From Girardia tigrina (lineage: Eukaryota), in contig MQRK01169010.1 of NCBI GenBank assembly GCA_001938485.1, forward strand, positions 1 to 64,000: a DNA stretch of 64,000 nt, in the 5' to 3' direction. A program made the position numbers and the translations under genes. Shown piece after piece: positions 12,501 through 24,500 of this stretch (the stretch's first letter is position 1; each line of letters opens with the position of its first letter). The notes beneath the pieces were generated by a model. It did not search any database. It saw nothing but the letters and a program-made list of their open reading frames with translations, and had not been told where the DNA came from.

Positions 12501-15500
12501 TGAAAATTCGTTGTTTAACGCTATATTTACTCATTTTCGGAAGCTTAAAAATAAAAAATTTATTTAATAAAATACAACAATTAAGGTTAATTAAACTAGT
12601 TCTTACCAGAAGTGATAAATTTAACTAAATTAGCTATCAAAATACAGATCTATAATTAATCTCTCNNNNNNNNNNNNNNNNNNNNNNACCAAATGCTTTT
12701 TAATCAATTGACAAAATACAACGATAGGGTTTTTTCATAAATTTAAAATATTTAATTTGTTTTTTATGAAACTGACCAATAAATGTTAAGTTTTATAAAT
12801 CGTATATCTTTCGAACCATAAGTGTTATGAGAAAAATAACCATATATTCCTAATCAGCATTAAAAAATCCACAAAATGAATCCATTTTTATAACAAAATT
12901 CTGAGTTTCAAAATTTGACCTTTATTGCGCAAAAAGGTCAAGTTCTGGAATTTTTACACCTCACATGTTATACAGGGTTAGGCAGCTATTTGAGAACACG
13001 TAATATAGACACCATATCTTTTTGTGTGTTATAATTACATAATTTTATTTTTGCTGGTAGACATGGCAGAAGCTACTCTTACGAATGAAATGAAAAGGNN
13101 NNNNNNNNNNNNNNNNNNNNNNNNNNNNNNNNNNNNNNNNNNNNNNNNNNNNNNNNNNNNNNNNNNNNNNNNNNNNNNNNNNNNNNNNNNNNNNNNNNNN
13201 NNNNNNNNNNNNNNNNNNNNNNNNNNNNNNNNNNNNNNNNNNNNNNNNNNNNNNNNNNNNNNNNNNNNNNNNNNNNNNNNNNNNNNNNNNNNNNNNNNNN
13301 NNNNNNNNNNNNNNNNNNNNNNNNNNNNNNNNNNNNNNNNNNNNNNNNNNNNNNNNNNNNNNNNNNNNNNNNNNNNNNNNNNNNNNNNNNNNNNNNNNNN
13401 NNNNNNNNNNNNNNNNNNNNNNNNNNNNNNNNNNNNNNNNNNNNNNNNNNNNNNNNNNNNNNNNNNNNNNNNNNNNNNNNNNNNNNNNNNNNNNNNNNNN
13501 NNNNNNNNNNNNNNNNNNNNNNNNNNNNNNNNNNNNNNNNNNNNNNNNNNNNNNNNNNNNNNNNNNNNNNNNNNNNNNNNNNNNNNNNNNNNNNNNNNNN
13601 NNNNNNNNNNNNNNNNNNNNNNNNNNNNNNNNNNNNNNNNNNNNNNNNNNNNNNNNNNNNNNNNNNNNNNNNNNNNNNNNNNNNNNNNNNNNNNNNNNNN
13701 NNNNNNNNNNNNNNNNNNNNNNNNNNNNNNNNNNNNNNNNNNNNNNNNNNNNNNNNNNNNNNNNNNNNNNNNNNNNNNNNNNNNNNNNNNNNNNNNNNNN
13801 NNNNNNNNNNNNNNNNNNNNNNNNNNNNNNNNNNNNNNNNNNNNNNNNNNNNNNNNNNNNNNNNNNNNNNNNNNNNNNNNNNNNNNNNNNNNNNNNNNNN
13901 NNNNNNNNNNNNNNNNNNNNNNNNNNNNNNNNNNNNNNNNNNNNNNNNNNNNNNNNNNNNNNNNNNNNNNNNNNNNNNNNNNNNNNNNNNNNNNNNNNNN
14001 NNNNNNNNNNNNNNNNNNNNNNNNNNNNNNNNNNNNNNNNNNNNNNNNNNTGTTATTTTTCTGTTGTATATTCATTTTTTGAACTTTATGTCATTTTGTT
14101 CTCAAATAGCTGCCGCACCCTGTATATCAAAATACTCGTCTTGACGAGTAGATTTAGAATATGCAAAAATTAGAGGCTGCGTACCCATTTGGCCACCCTT
14201 TATTTTCTTAATAACCAGTAAAGGTTTTACAATATTTAATGTGTCGATACAAATTCATACGAAGAAGATGGTTTTCTCAATGGAGAACTATCTTAAAAGG
14301 TTTTATTAGGTGATTCATTCATTATTAATTTTGTATAAAAGTTTTAATCTAGTAAATAATCTTGAACACAAATTGTAAATGATTTTTATTATATGGTGTT
14401 CTGGAGATTTGGATCGCCTGCTGACTTTGCCCCAAACAAATAAGTAGTATAATGACATAAAAACTCAGAAAGAACTGTTGATTCACCCTCATTTAATTTT
14501 ACGTGGACCATCAAACAAAATATATAAATAAAGGTTGAAAGAAAGTCATTAAAAAATATCGCAAAATTTCAACCTCCAAAGAATAAATTGTGAGACGCAA
14601 AATAATTTGAATTGAAAACAAACTCTAACGTCATCCAAATATTTTTCTATTAGAAATGAATTTAATTTTCTCGGATTTAAATTTTGTTTATTTGGTTTGG
14701 AATTTTTCTTTTTTTGTAATATTTTTTCACACTGTTTGCCAATTATCCTCAGCATTAATTTCTAAGACGGCTTCTGCCATTATGATGAAGTTAAAATTAT
14801 GCCCCAACCTGTTAGTGCCGGTCTGGTGGATGCATTGTCGACGGTTTTATTATTCTCCATTCTTCCTCGGGATTAAAGCATTAAAGAAAATTATATCTGG
14901 CATGAATTCTCAACTACTTAAAAAAAAAGATTTAATTATAATTTTTCATAAATTTTCATAACGAAAGAAAAAATTTTATTCATTTTTTTCTATTGAATTA
15001 AAAACTGGAAAAATATAAAATATTATAATGTATAATTATAAATATAGTTTATTTATTTATTATTTTATATATTTTAATATAAATTTTTTTTGATTTTTAT
15101 GGAGTTATAATTGGTGATTTTTATTAAAAAAACTGTTTTTTAAATATAACTATTTTTTAATAAAATTAAAATAAGAAAAAAAATATTTGGATCATAAAAG
15201 GTTTATTTCGTTTTTGGAAAAATATTGTTTTTTACTTTTTTTAGATTTGTTTAAAATTTAAAATTGGTCATTTATGTTGAGTTTTGTTTGGTATTATTTG
15301 AAAAATTGAAGATAACTTAATTTTATTTAAAATAATTATTGATGAAAGTTTGAAGATATTTGGTTTTTTGGAAAAGCTGAGTTCTTGGATACCACTTAAA
15401 ATGCAACGCGTCAGTGTCAACTATCCCCTTTTTAGGAAGACTTATTAGGAAGACATTTTAGCTGAAAAATAAGGTTTTCATGCAGAAGATCATGGTCTCA

Positions 15501-18500
15501 ACCTTGTGCTGAGCCAAATTCCCATCAAGCACTCAATAAATAAAGTTTTGCTTTCATCGTTGTGTATTTTCTTTCAGAAAAGTTCAGATTTTATCAACCG
15601 AAAGAAAGTTGTTGAGCGTGCATTTGGGTTCCTTGATAAATTTTCTGAACACTAGTGCACCCGATTAAGTTTTCTTCCCAATAATGATCATCTCTTTCAC
15701 CATTTGATCTCGTCACATTTCTCATATCGAGTTCTTACACTTCTTCGACGATATCTTAAAGAACATCTTCTCCTTCTCGCGCTTCACAATCACAAATTAT
15801 AGTCCCTATGATTATCGTTTCTTGTTCTCTTGTGATTCTTTCAGACAGTATTGTATTTTCTCTTTTCTCATCTAGATTAATTATTTTTATTTCAAAGTTA
15901 CCATTTAAGTATTTTATGGTTTTTAACTTTGAATACCAATAATAAAGAAACAAGGTTGTGTTTGGAAGACAACACGAAATAGTTTATAAGACTAGGTTTA
16001 CAAAACTTTATCCAGAGTGCTTCAGTAATTGCCCTTTCATAATTGTGATCAAAGTTACTAATCAAAATCCGTATTTGATAATGATTTTCGGGTTAGTAAC
16101 TTTGATCACAATTATGAAAGGACAATTACTGAAGCACTCTTGATAAAGTTTTGTAAACCTAGTCTAAATGTGCAAAGTGATTCGTCCAATCATATTAGAG
16201 TATTTTGACGTAACACACTGTGACGTAATGGTCATCTTTCTATATAAACAATAACTTTCTAATTAAATACAGAACTGAAGATGCCACAAAAGTGGCAAAA
16301 CATGTTTTCCAATAAAAATTTAAAATTACAATGGTGTTATTTTTGTTTAATTTTTAAAATTTAACTTATAACTATAAAATTTATTTTTAAATTATAATCA
16401 AAATTTATTTATAAAATTTTATCATTAAACTATTAAATTTTAATTTACAACAAGCATTTGATTTTAAAAAATTATTTCTTAAAAATATTATAACTTTTAA
16501 TCCGTTTAGTATTTATTTTAAAATTCTTATTTTAAAACTTTTATCAGTTATTTTCCTATTAAATATATATTATTTATTAATTGGTTTTAATGTAAATATT
16601 TGTTGTTTTATTTAATTTTTTAATTTTTGTTTGTTTTAATTTAAAAATAATTTTTAACTTTTTTAATTTTATAACTTTTTGTTACTTATTTAAATTTTTA
16701 AAATTTCCCAATTACAAAAAAAATTAATAAATTATTTGATGAAGTGAAAATTTTAACTATCTCATCATATACAAAAAGTTGACAACACAACATTCCTCAA
16801 ATTTACAATCTCTTCTGTGGTGTATGATTATTTCAGTACCACAACTTTATCTTATTATTGACCGTACAATCAGGGCTTTAAACTGCGTAGAACCTTTAAG
16901 AAGTTTAGGGTCATGTAAGCAAATTTTTAAGTGGTAAAAGATGCCTTCTTTGTAAAGAAGGAAGAGTTCCGAAATTCATTCATGAGGTATTTGCAAAGTA
17001 TTTTTATCAGATTTTTACGATTATTTCTACATTATTAATATAATCCTTCAATTTTCTTAGTGCAAAGAGAAAATATTTCTAATTTAGTATCAAAGTAGTC
17101 CCCAAACAGACCGACTATGAGTTCACTCTCAGCTATCTCGTTTGATTAAATTGTAAATCCAATTAAATTAATTTTTAAATTTAATAAATATAATTAATCA
17201 TTTGTTCGAGAATTCTTCTTCCGTTATCTTTCATGCATTTAAGCTTGTTTTATTTTTTTTTATTTTTTTTCTGTATATTTATATCACTGGATTCGATGAT
17301 CTTTTTTTGCTACGACAGTTGACATAGTAATGAATAATAATTATGAAATTAATATTAATAATAAAAATTTTAATAATTATTATTATGATAATAACGTTAC
17401 CACTAATTATTATGAAAAAAAATATGTATAATTTTTCTAATATTCTAAAATAAATATTTTAAAAAAATAAATAATATAATAAAATGCAACAGTAACTGTT
17501 TTTTTATCACTTTTATCAATTAGCGTTGTCAGTTACAGACCACGGAATTTTCAGGGAAAAAACATCTTCATGTAAAATGGAACATATTAATATATTAATT
17601 AATTAAGTTTCTCCATGATTGTAAATGTTAAATTAAGATCCTAATCTTGTTCTCAATTCAACGTTGTTGACCGCCTGGGAGTTGCTAAACAGACCCAACT
17701 AAGTACTGACTGTATGATGTTTTCATTTCGTAGAAACCGCTTGGGAAATCCCTATCTTTTTATAAATGAAGCCGAAGTAAATTAATTGTAATTTTTGATT
17801 GTATTAATTCTATTAATTGAATTTAATTATCGATTTAGGTCTTAAATTTAATTGATTTTCTAAAGAAACATAATTGTGTTAAATTAAAAGAAATCTTTTT
17901 TATAAGTAAAACGAAAACGTGCTTTAAATTCCCTGTAAAACGAGTGCCCACTTTTTTCCATTTTGTTATCCAGAAATTTTATTTAAAATTAATTTTTGAA
18001 AATTTTTATTATTATTATTATTATTATTATAACGATTATTTTATTATAAATATATATTATATTATGGGGAATAATATCAAAAATGAATGATGTGTTTTTT
18101 GAGTGCGAATGTTGTAAGTTACTTTAAAGGGGTATCTGTCCATGCCAGTGTAAATTTGGAAATAATTATTAATTTTAGAATAAATTATAATTTTAAACTA
18201 TAAAAAGTTTTGATTAGACCTTTACAAGATTGAATGCGATGTGTTTCTCTGAGACGTGTTTTTATATGAATACAACAAAGATGTAAACGCCATCTAAGCA
18301 TTCAAAAACATAAACGCGTTGTATAAAAAAGAATTTTTGATCAAAAGGACTGCACAGAAGTCTAAAGATACTTCAGTGGTAGGAAGATCGGTTGACATTA
18401 CCGAAACTAGAGTTCTCAAATTATTAGTAGAGGACAACCGTCAAACTTGCAGATAACTTACACAGCAACTTTAGTGATAGGCAAAGGCAATCTCCAGGCA

Positions 18501-21500
18501 TCTGAATTTACTTGGGTTCCTAGCAAACAAAAATTCAAAAGTAATGATCTACACCACTTTGCTTCAGCAACACTAGGAAGCAGTGCTCTAATACTGCTCA
18601 CTTTTATCTCTCGTTATTACGGGTGGCGATAAATGTCAATGCGAAGCCAAGAAAGAGCCGGATGCCAAAAAAAGAAAAAGCTAATCTTGATGTGATGCCA
18701 GAACTCCACCCAAAAAGGATCATTTCGTGGAATGTCCATAGTTTCACTAGAAACCGCTTTTCGAAAATGCAACAACAACAGTTGAGACGAGTTTCCATGG
18801 CGCGAAGTTACTGAAGACTTGAAAGAAGTTATGATTTGGAGTAAATCTAGGTGAATGGGAGGAATATTTTCGAATAGTGTTAATTGTATGTTTTTTTTAA
18901 ATTGTTTTTCGAAAACCAAGATAGAAGATTGATATTTTGAATATTTTGAATAGTCGAATTATTCGGACAATTTTGAAATGTAAATAGCAACTTTAAAATT
19001 AAATCAGCATAACTTAATCAAAATATTTTCAATCTATTTGAAAGTGATTTAAAATATTTTAATAGTGGATTGTAACGTAAAGACTTATTTAAACATAGAT
19101 AATATTTTTGAAAGTAATTTTAAAACATTTTAGTTAGGAATTGTAATTTAAATTTGTTCAAATATTTAAAGGTTTAGAAATAGAAGTTAAATTTATCAAC
19201 ATAAAACGATGTTTAACAAAGAAGGTTTTTTATGGAGAATTGTCCTGGAGGAAACTCGAGTTGCACTGGCAATAAGCGTATTGGAAATCATATTGATGTT
19301 CTGTATACCCACATTGCAAATTTCATAAAAATGATCATCCAAGAGATGATGCATCATATTCTGCTTTACCCACCTTACTTAGGTTACGACTGACTTTCAC
19401 CTTTTCTTCTTGATGTGACCAGGGTCACCGATATCGGTCGCGTGGATTATCGCGTCCGTCCCGGTCACGTTCGATTTGCCGCCCGCATGACAGAATCCGT
19501 TTTGGTGGTGATTGTTGTTCTGATTGTCGCTGTTGTTATTCGACGAGTTTTGAATGAGCGAATGATTATTGGCGGCGATTATCGATTTGTTGATGTTATT
19601 GGACACGAATTTCACGGGATTCTGATTGTTTTTGTTGCTTTGGTTACCGGTGTTAATCGGAACGATTTGTAGAGGCCCCGAGAAACTCGACGACAAATCC
19701 ACCGCTCCAATATTCCCATAGCAATTCACCGGGACCGACGACAATTCCGATAGTTCTTCGGCTTTTCACTTTTTCGACGTCAAATATTTCGAATTCGATC
19801 CGGCTGTGATTATTTTCCGATTGTTATTGGAATTGTTGGCGTTATTGACCGAGGAAGAAACGATCGATGTCGACGAGCAGCAATCGGACAACAACTCCAT
19901 CCTGATTATCAGATCGCCGTTCGTTAAATACGAAAACCTTTTCGCGGAATTTGCGGCGAATGGAAGAGGGTCATTTGACCCATCGAATTGACTCGAGCGT
20001 TTGGTCGATTCTTCATTCGAATAATCGATCGATTTCGGTTCTGCACCTGACATTTTTTTGTCAAAAATTATGTTTACTTATATGGAGAAATTATATATCG
20101 AAATTCTTCACTCGAATAATCGATCGATTTCGGTTCTGCACCTGACATTTTTTTGTCAAAAATTATGTTTACTTATATGGAGCGCGAGACGCGTCGAAAC
20201 AAGTTCAATATTGTTAATCGATATTGCTAATGTATCCAGGAAGATAGAATTATAATTGTTAAATCAAAATATTTATTAACTTCAAAAAAAATTGTTTATA
20301 ACGTCAATTATTTAAACAATTTTTACATTAATTTCTACACAGTTTTTGATAATAAATTTTTTTTATTGTTTATTGTATTGCAATTTTTTAATGCACGTCT
20401 GAATTTTTTCAATTTTAAAAATTTCAGGGTTCGCAAATCCAATTAAGAAATTTTTTCAAAATTGAAAATCAAAAAAAATAAATTACATATCACTTAAAAA
20501 AAACTTTAATTGGTTGCTACTGCTGATGCGATTTAGTGAACACTACACTTCTCATTCTCAAAATCTTTGAGGGGAGTTTCTTTCGAAAGCAAAGGAAAGT
20601 TAGAAGAAGGGTTCAAAACATGGTTTGACTGTTAGGACATAAATTTCTTTTGCAGGCATTTGAAATTTTCCAGAACGGTGGGAAATTGTTATTGAAAGTT
20701 ATGGAAATTATTTTGAGCAACAATTTTCTTTGATATTAGGTTTGGACTTCAATAAATATTATACCAAAAATGATTATCAATTTTCCTTTGCTCGACCTGG
20801 TTATCAAAATTATTCTTAAATACCAATATTAACTGATGATATTTGATCAATAAGACATTTGTATCAACAATCCTTGTTGTATTCATTTGAAGACAATGGG
20901 TTAGACATATGACATTTGAATTACAGAGACCATGCTAAGTCTATTATAAAAAATATCAAAAATATTTTCTGTAATAATAAAGAAAGCGAATTCATCATAA
21001 TCATTGAACCATTTACCCATATATTGCATATACATGTTGTATACAATCAGATATTATATACAATATGACAAATATAGAAAATTGTACTGAGAGTTGTTGT
21101 AAGGACAGTTGTGTGTTTCTGAATAATTATAATATTAGATATGGTAAAATATTAATAACAAAAAAATATTTAATTTTATTTACTGTTCAGACATGAAGTG
21201 CAAGGAGAACATGGTGTACTCCCCTTGCGCAAGTCCATGTCAGCCGACGTGTTACAACAACAGCGACTCAAGAATGTGTAATGGCGGTTGCGTTGAAAAT
21301 TGCGTTTGTATTTCTGGATACGTCATGGAAAATGGGAAATGTATCAAACCCGAAACTTGTGGATGTGTGATGCCCGATGGAACATATTATTCCGTAATTA
21401 TATTTTAAGTTATTTTAAATAATAGTAAAAAAATTTTCATTATTTTTTAAAATTTAAAAAAAAAATTTATTTTTAATTAATTAATTTTTTTTGTTGATTT

Positions 21501-24500
21501 TCATTTACCAACAATATTTTTCTTATTGATTTATAAGTAATTTTCTAACACGTTTTTTTTATTATAATAAAAGAGAAAATTATTGGAATATTTATCAGTA
21601 TTAAATAATGGACAACGACAACGACGTCGACGACAACGACTGAGATTAGTAAAATATCGTCTCCATCTCCCGTGGCGATGTGGAAATTTGCGTGTCAATG
21701 GGCAGACTAAATATTTGGCTAATTATCCAGCTAGCATCCTCAGCATTCTCTTTTGGTCATTGAATTTCGTCTTTGAAATATCAATGCGTGATTGCGTTTT
21801 GGAAATGAATTTATTTCAAATAAAATATTTTATTTTTTGACAACTAGATTTCAGTTCTCCCGGGTTTTATAAAAAACACTGATTGATATTAATTTATATT
21901 TTTATGTATTTTTTTTGCTGTTTATATTTGTCATTTGCACTTTTTTAGTAACATTTTTTTGATTTTTTGTTTAAAAAAATTATTTATTTATTTTTTTTAA
22001 TTTTTATTATTATTTTATTTTCAAAACATTTAAAGACAAATTATTTTTTTTGGAAAAAAAATAATTTATTAAATTATATTTTTTCAAAAAAATAATTTTT
22101 TTCTTATTTAACTTTTTTTATTTTAGATTATTTAAAGAAAATTTTGTTTTTTTCTTTAAAAAATTATTATAGTTTCTATAGTATTTTATTAGATTAATTA
22201 AATAATTTGTTTTAAAATAAATATTTAAAAATATTTTGATTTTTTTTCTAAATATTTTTATTAAATAAATAAATATTTAATAAATTAAACAATATTTGTT
22301 TTTAAAAATAAAATAGAATATATAAAAAAAATAATTTATTTTTCTAATTTCACTTTGATTATTTTAAATCATTTAAAGAAAAATTTGTTTTTTTTTTAAA
22401 AAAAATATTTATTTTTTATAGAATTTTATTAAATTAATTTAAATATTTTTCTAAAATTAAATAATTAAAAAATAAAATATTCAAAATATTTAATTTTTTC
22501 TATTAAAAAAATTAAAAGAAAAATATTTTTTTCGGAAATAAATTTCCCATTTATTTTTAAATTAATTGAATAATATTTGTAAATAATTAAAAATAATGTA
22601 AAAATTTCAAAAAAAAATTTTTTTTATTTTTTATTTTTATTTTTCAAAATAGTTTAACAGAAGTTTAATAGAAAAATTAGTTTTTTTTCTGAAAAAAAAA
22701 TTTCATAATTTTTTTTAATTTTAATTTTGGATTATTAATTATGAATTTTTTTAATTATTAATTATCAATAATTAATTGCCCATTAATTTGTTATTTTTTA
22801 TGATAAATTTCATTAGGATGGAGAAAAACGGACCAATGAAAACTGTACGAGAATATGTGGATGCAATCGTCAAACGGGCCAATTGGAGTGCGCAAATATT
22901 ACATGCTCTAATGATGCTTTCTGTGACTTTAAAGACGACGATTACGGCTGTCATTGCAAAAACGGTTTTATGGGAGACGGGATTAATTGTAAAGGTAAGT
23001 CGAAAGGAAATCCCTTTGAAAATCGGTGGACGTTTGTTTTTTCTTGACAAAAACATTTTTCTTAGATATCGACGAGTGCTCAATTCAACCGTCGATTTGT
23101 AGCGAAAATGCGAAATGTAAAAACACAATCGGAAGTTTTTCGTGTTCTTGTAAAGAAGGATATGAAGGAAATGGATTTACGTGTACGAATATCAACGAAT
23201 GTTATCCGGTGTCGCCGTGCGAAAACATCACGGAAGAATGTTTCGACAAGGTGCCAGGGTATGATTGCAAGTGTCGTGAAGGGTTTATGAAAAATTCCAC
23301 AACGGGTAAATGTGACGGTAAGATTATTTTTTTTATCATTTTTCTCTTTTTTTATTTTAAGACAAAAAAAATAATTTTAATTGAAATTAATATTAAAAAT
23401 TAAAACAAAAATGGAAATAAATTAATTATTAATTATGGCTATTCGAGAAGTTCATTATAACACTTTTCTATCAATTATAAATACAAATTGAGGGGAAAAA
23501 ATATAATTTTTATTATTGTCGTTTGGATAAATTAAAAACTTAAAAGCGTTAATGTATATTTCTAATTAGTTTTATTCATTATCCCATCTGATAAAAAGAT
23601 TGCATATATATTTTCTACAAAAAGCATTAATAGCTCCCCAAAAAGTAATAATAATAATAATAATAGCGTTAAATATTATTAAAAATTTGCAAATAAATTA
23701 ATCTCCATAATTCGTTAATATATTATATTTTTCTGTTATCTTTTTCTTAATTACACTTATACATTATAATAATTGATTATTTTTATTCTTTTAATTGGAA
23801 TAGAAAACAAATAATTCAGATTATAATTAAAACAAATTAATTAATAATTGACGGAGAAAAGATTGTTTATTTTTCGTAATTTTTTATTAAATTATTTATA
23901 TTTTTGGTTTTAATTAAGACAAAAATGAGTGCGCTGATACGGGAAATCTTTGTGATCGAGTTTCGACAACTTGTAACAACACCTTTGGCAGCTATCGGTG
24001 CGAGTGCAAGTACGGGTTCCGGCCGAGCCCCATCAACTCCTTCGTATGCACTGGTTAGTTGGATTTCGTTTTTTTTGGAAGTTGGGGGAGGAGAAACTTT
24101 CCGTTTTCCTTTTAATGTAACTCCAATTAGAACTCATTGGAAAATGGAGTTATTTGTTTTATATTTCTTTAATTTCTTCTTTCGTGCAGACGTCAACGAG
24201 TGCAATCTGGTACACGAATGCGATAAGATGTATGCCAAATGTACTAACACTCCTGGCTCGTACTACTGCACTTGTAATTACGGTTACCAGGGCGATGGTC
24301 GCAATTGTACAGATATTGACGAATGCAAGACGAAAACAGTCTGTAAAAGACCAGACGCCACATGTGTCAATCTACCTGGCTCTTACGAGTGTCGTTGCCT
24401 TGATGGAAAACCGGGATGTGATGGTACGATTTCTGATTGTTTGACTAGACCACTTCAAGTGTAAGGGCGGGGGCGAGGGGAGACTACTTCGAGTTTAAGA

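Noticed and set aside
18447-18919. Cluster of short ORFs including IISWNV (LINE endonuclease-like)
   Set aside because: No further endonuclease or RT motifs follow; probably decayed repeat, unassignable.
19415-19991. Plus-strand ORFs 19415-19672 and 19806-19991
   Set aside because: Antisense shadows of the minus-strand Asn-rich frame (GTT/ATT repeats).
21583-21840. Arg-rich ORF as an extra exon
   Set aside because: The intron is phase 0 and the only nearby acceptor (atcag at 21598) gives TAT TAA immediately.
21850-22800. Periodic ultra-AT-rich blocks as a structured array
   Set aside because: Spacing is irregular and I cannot define a repeat unit by eye.
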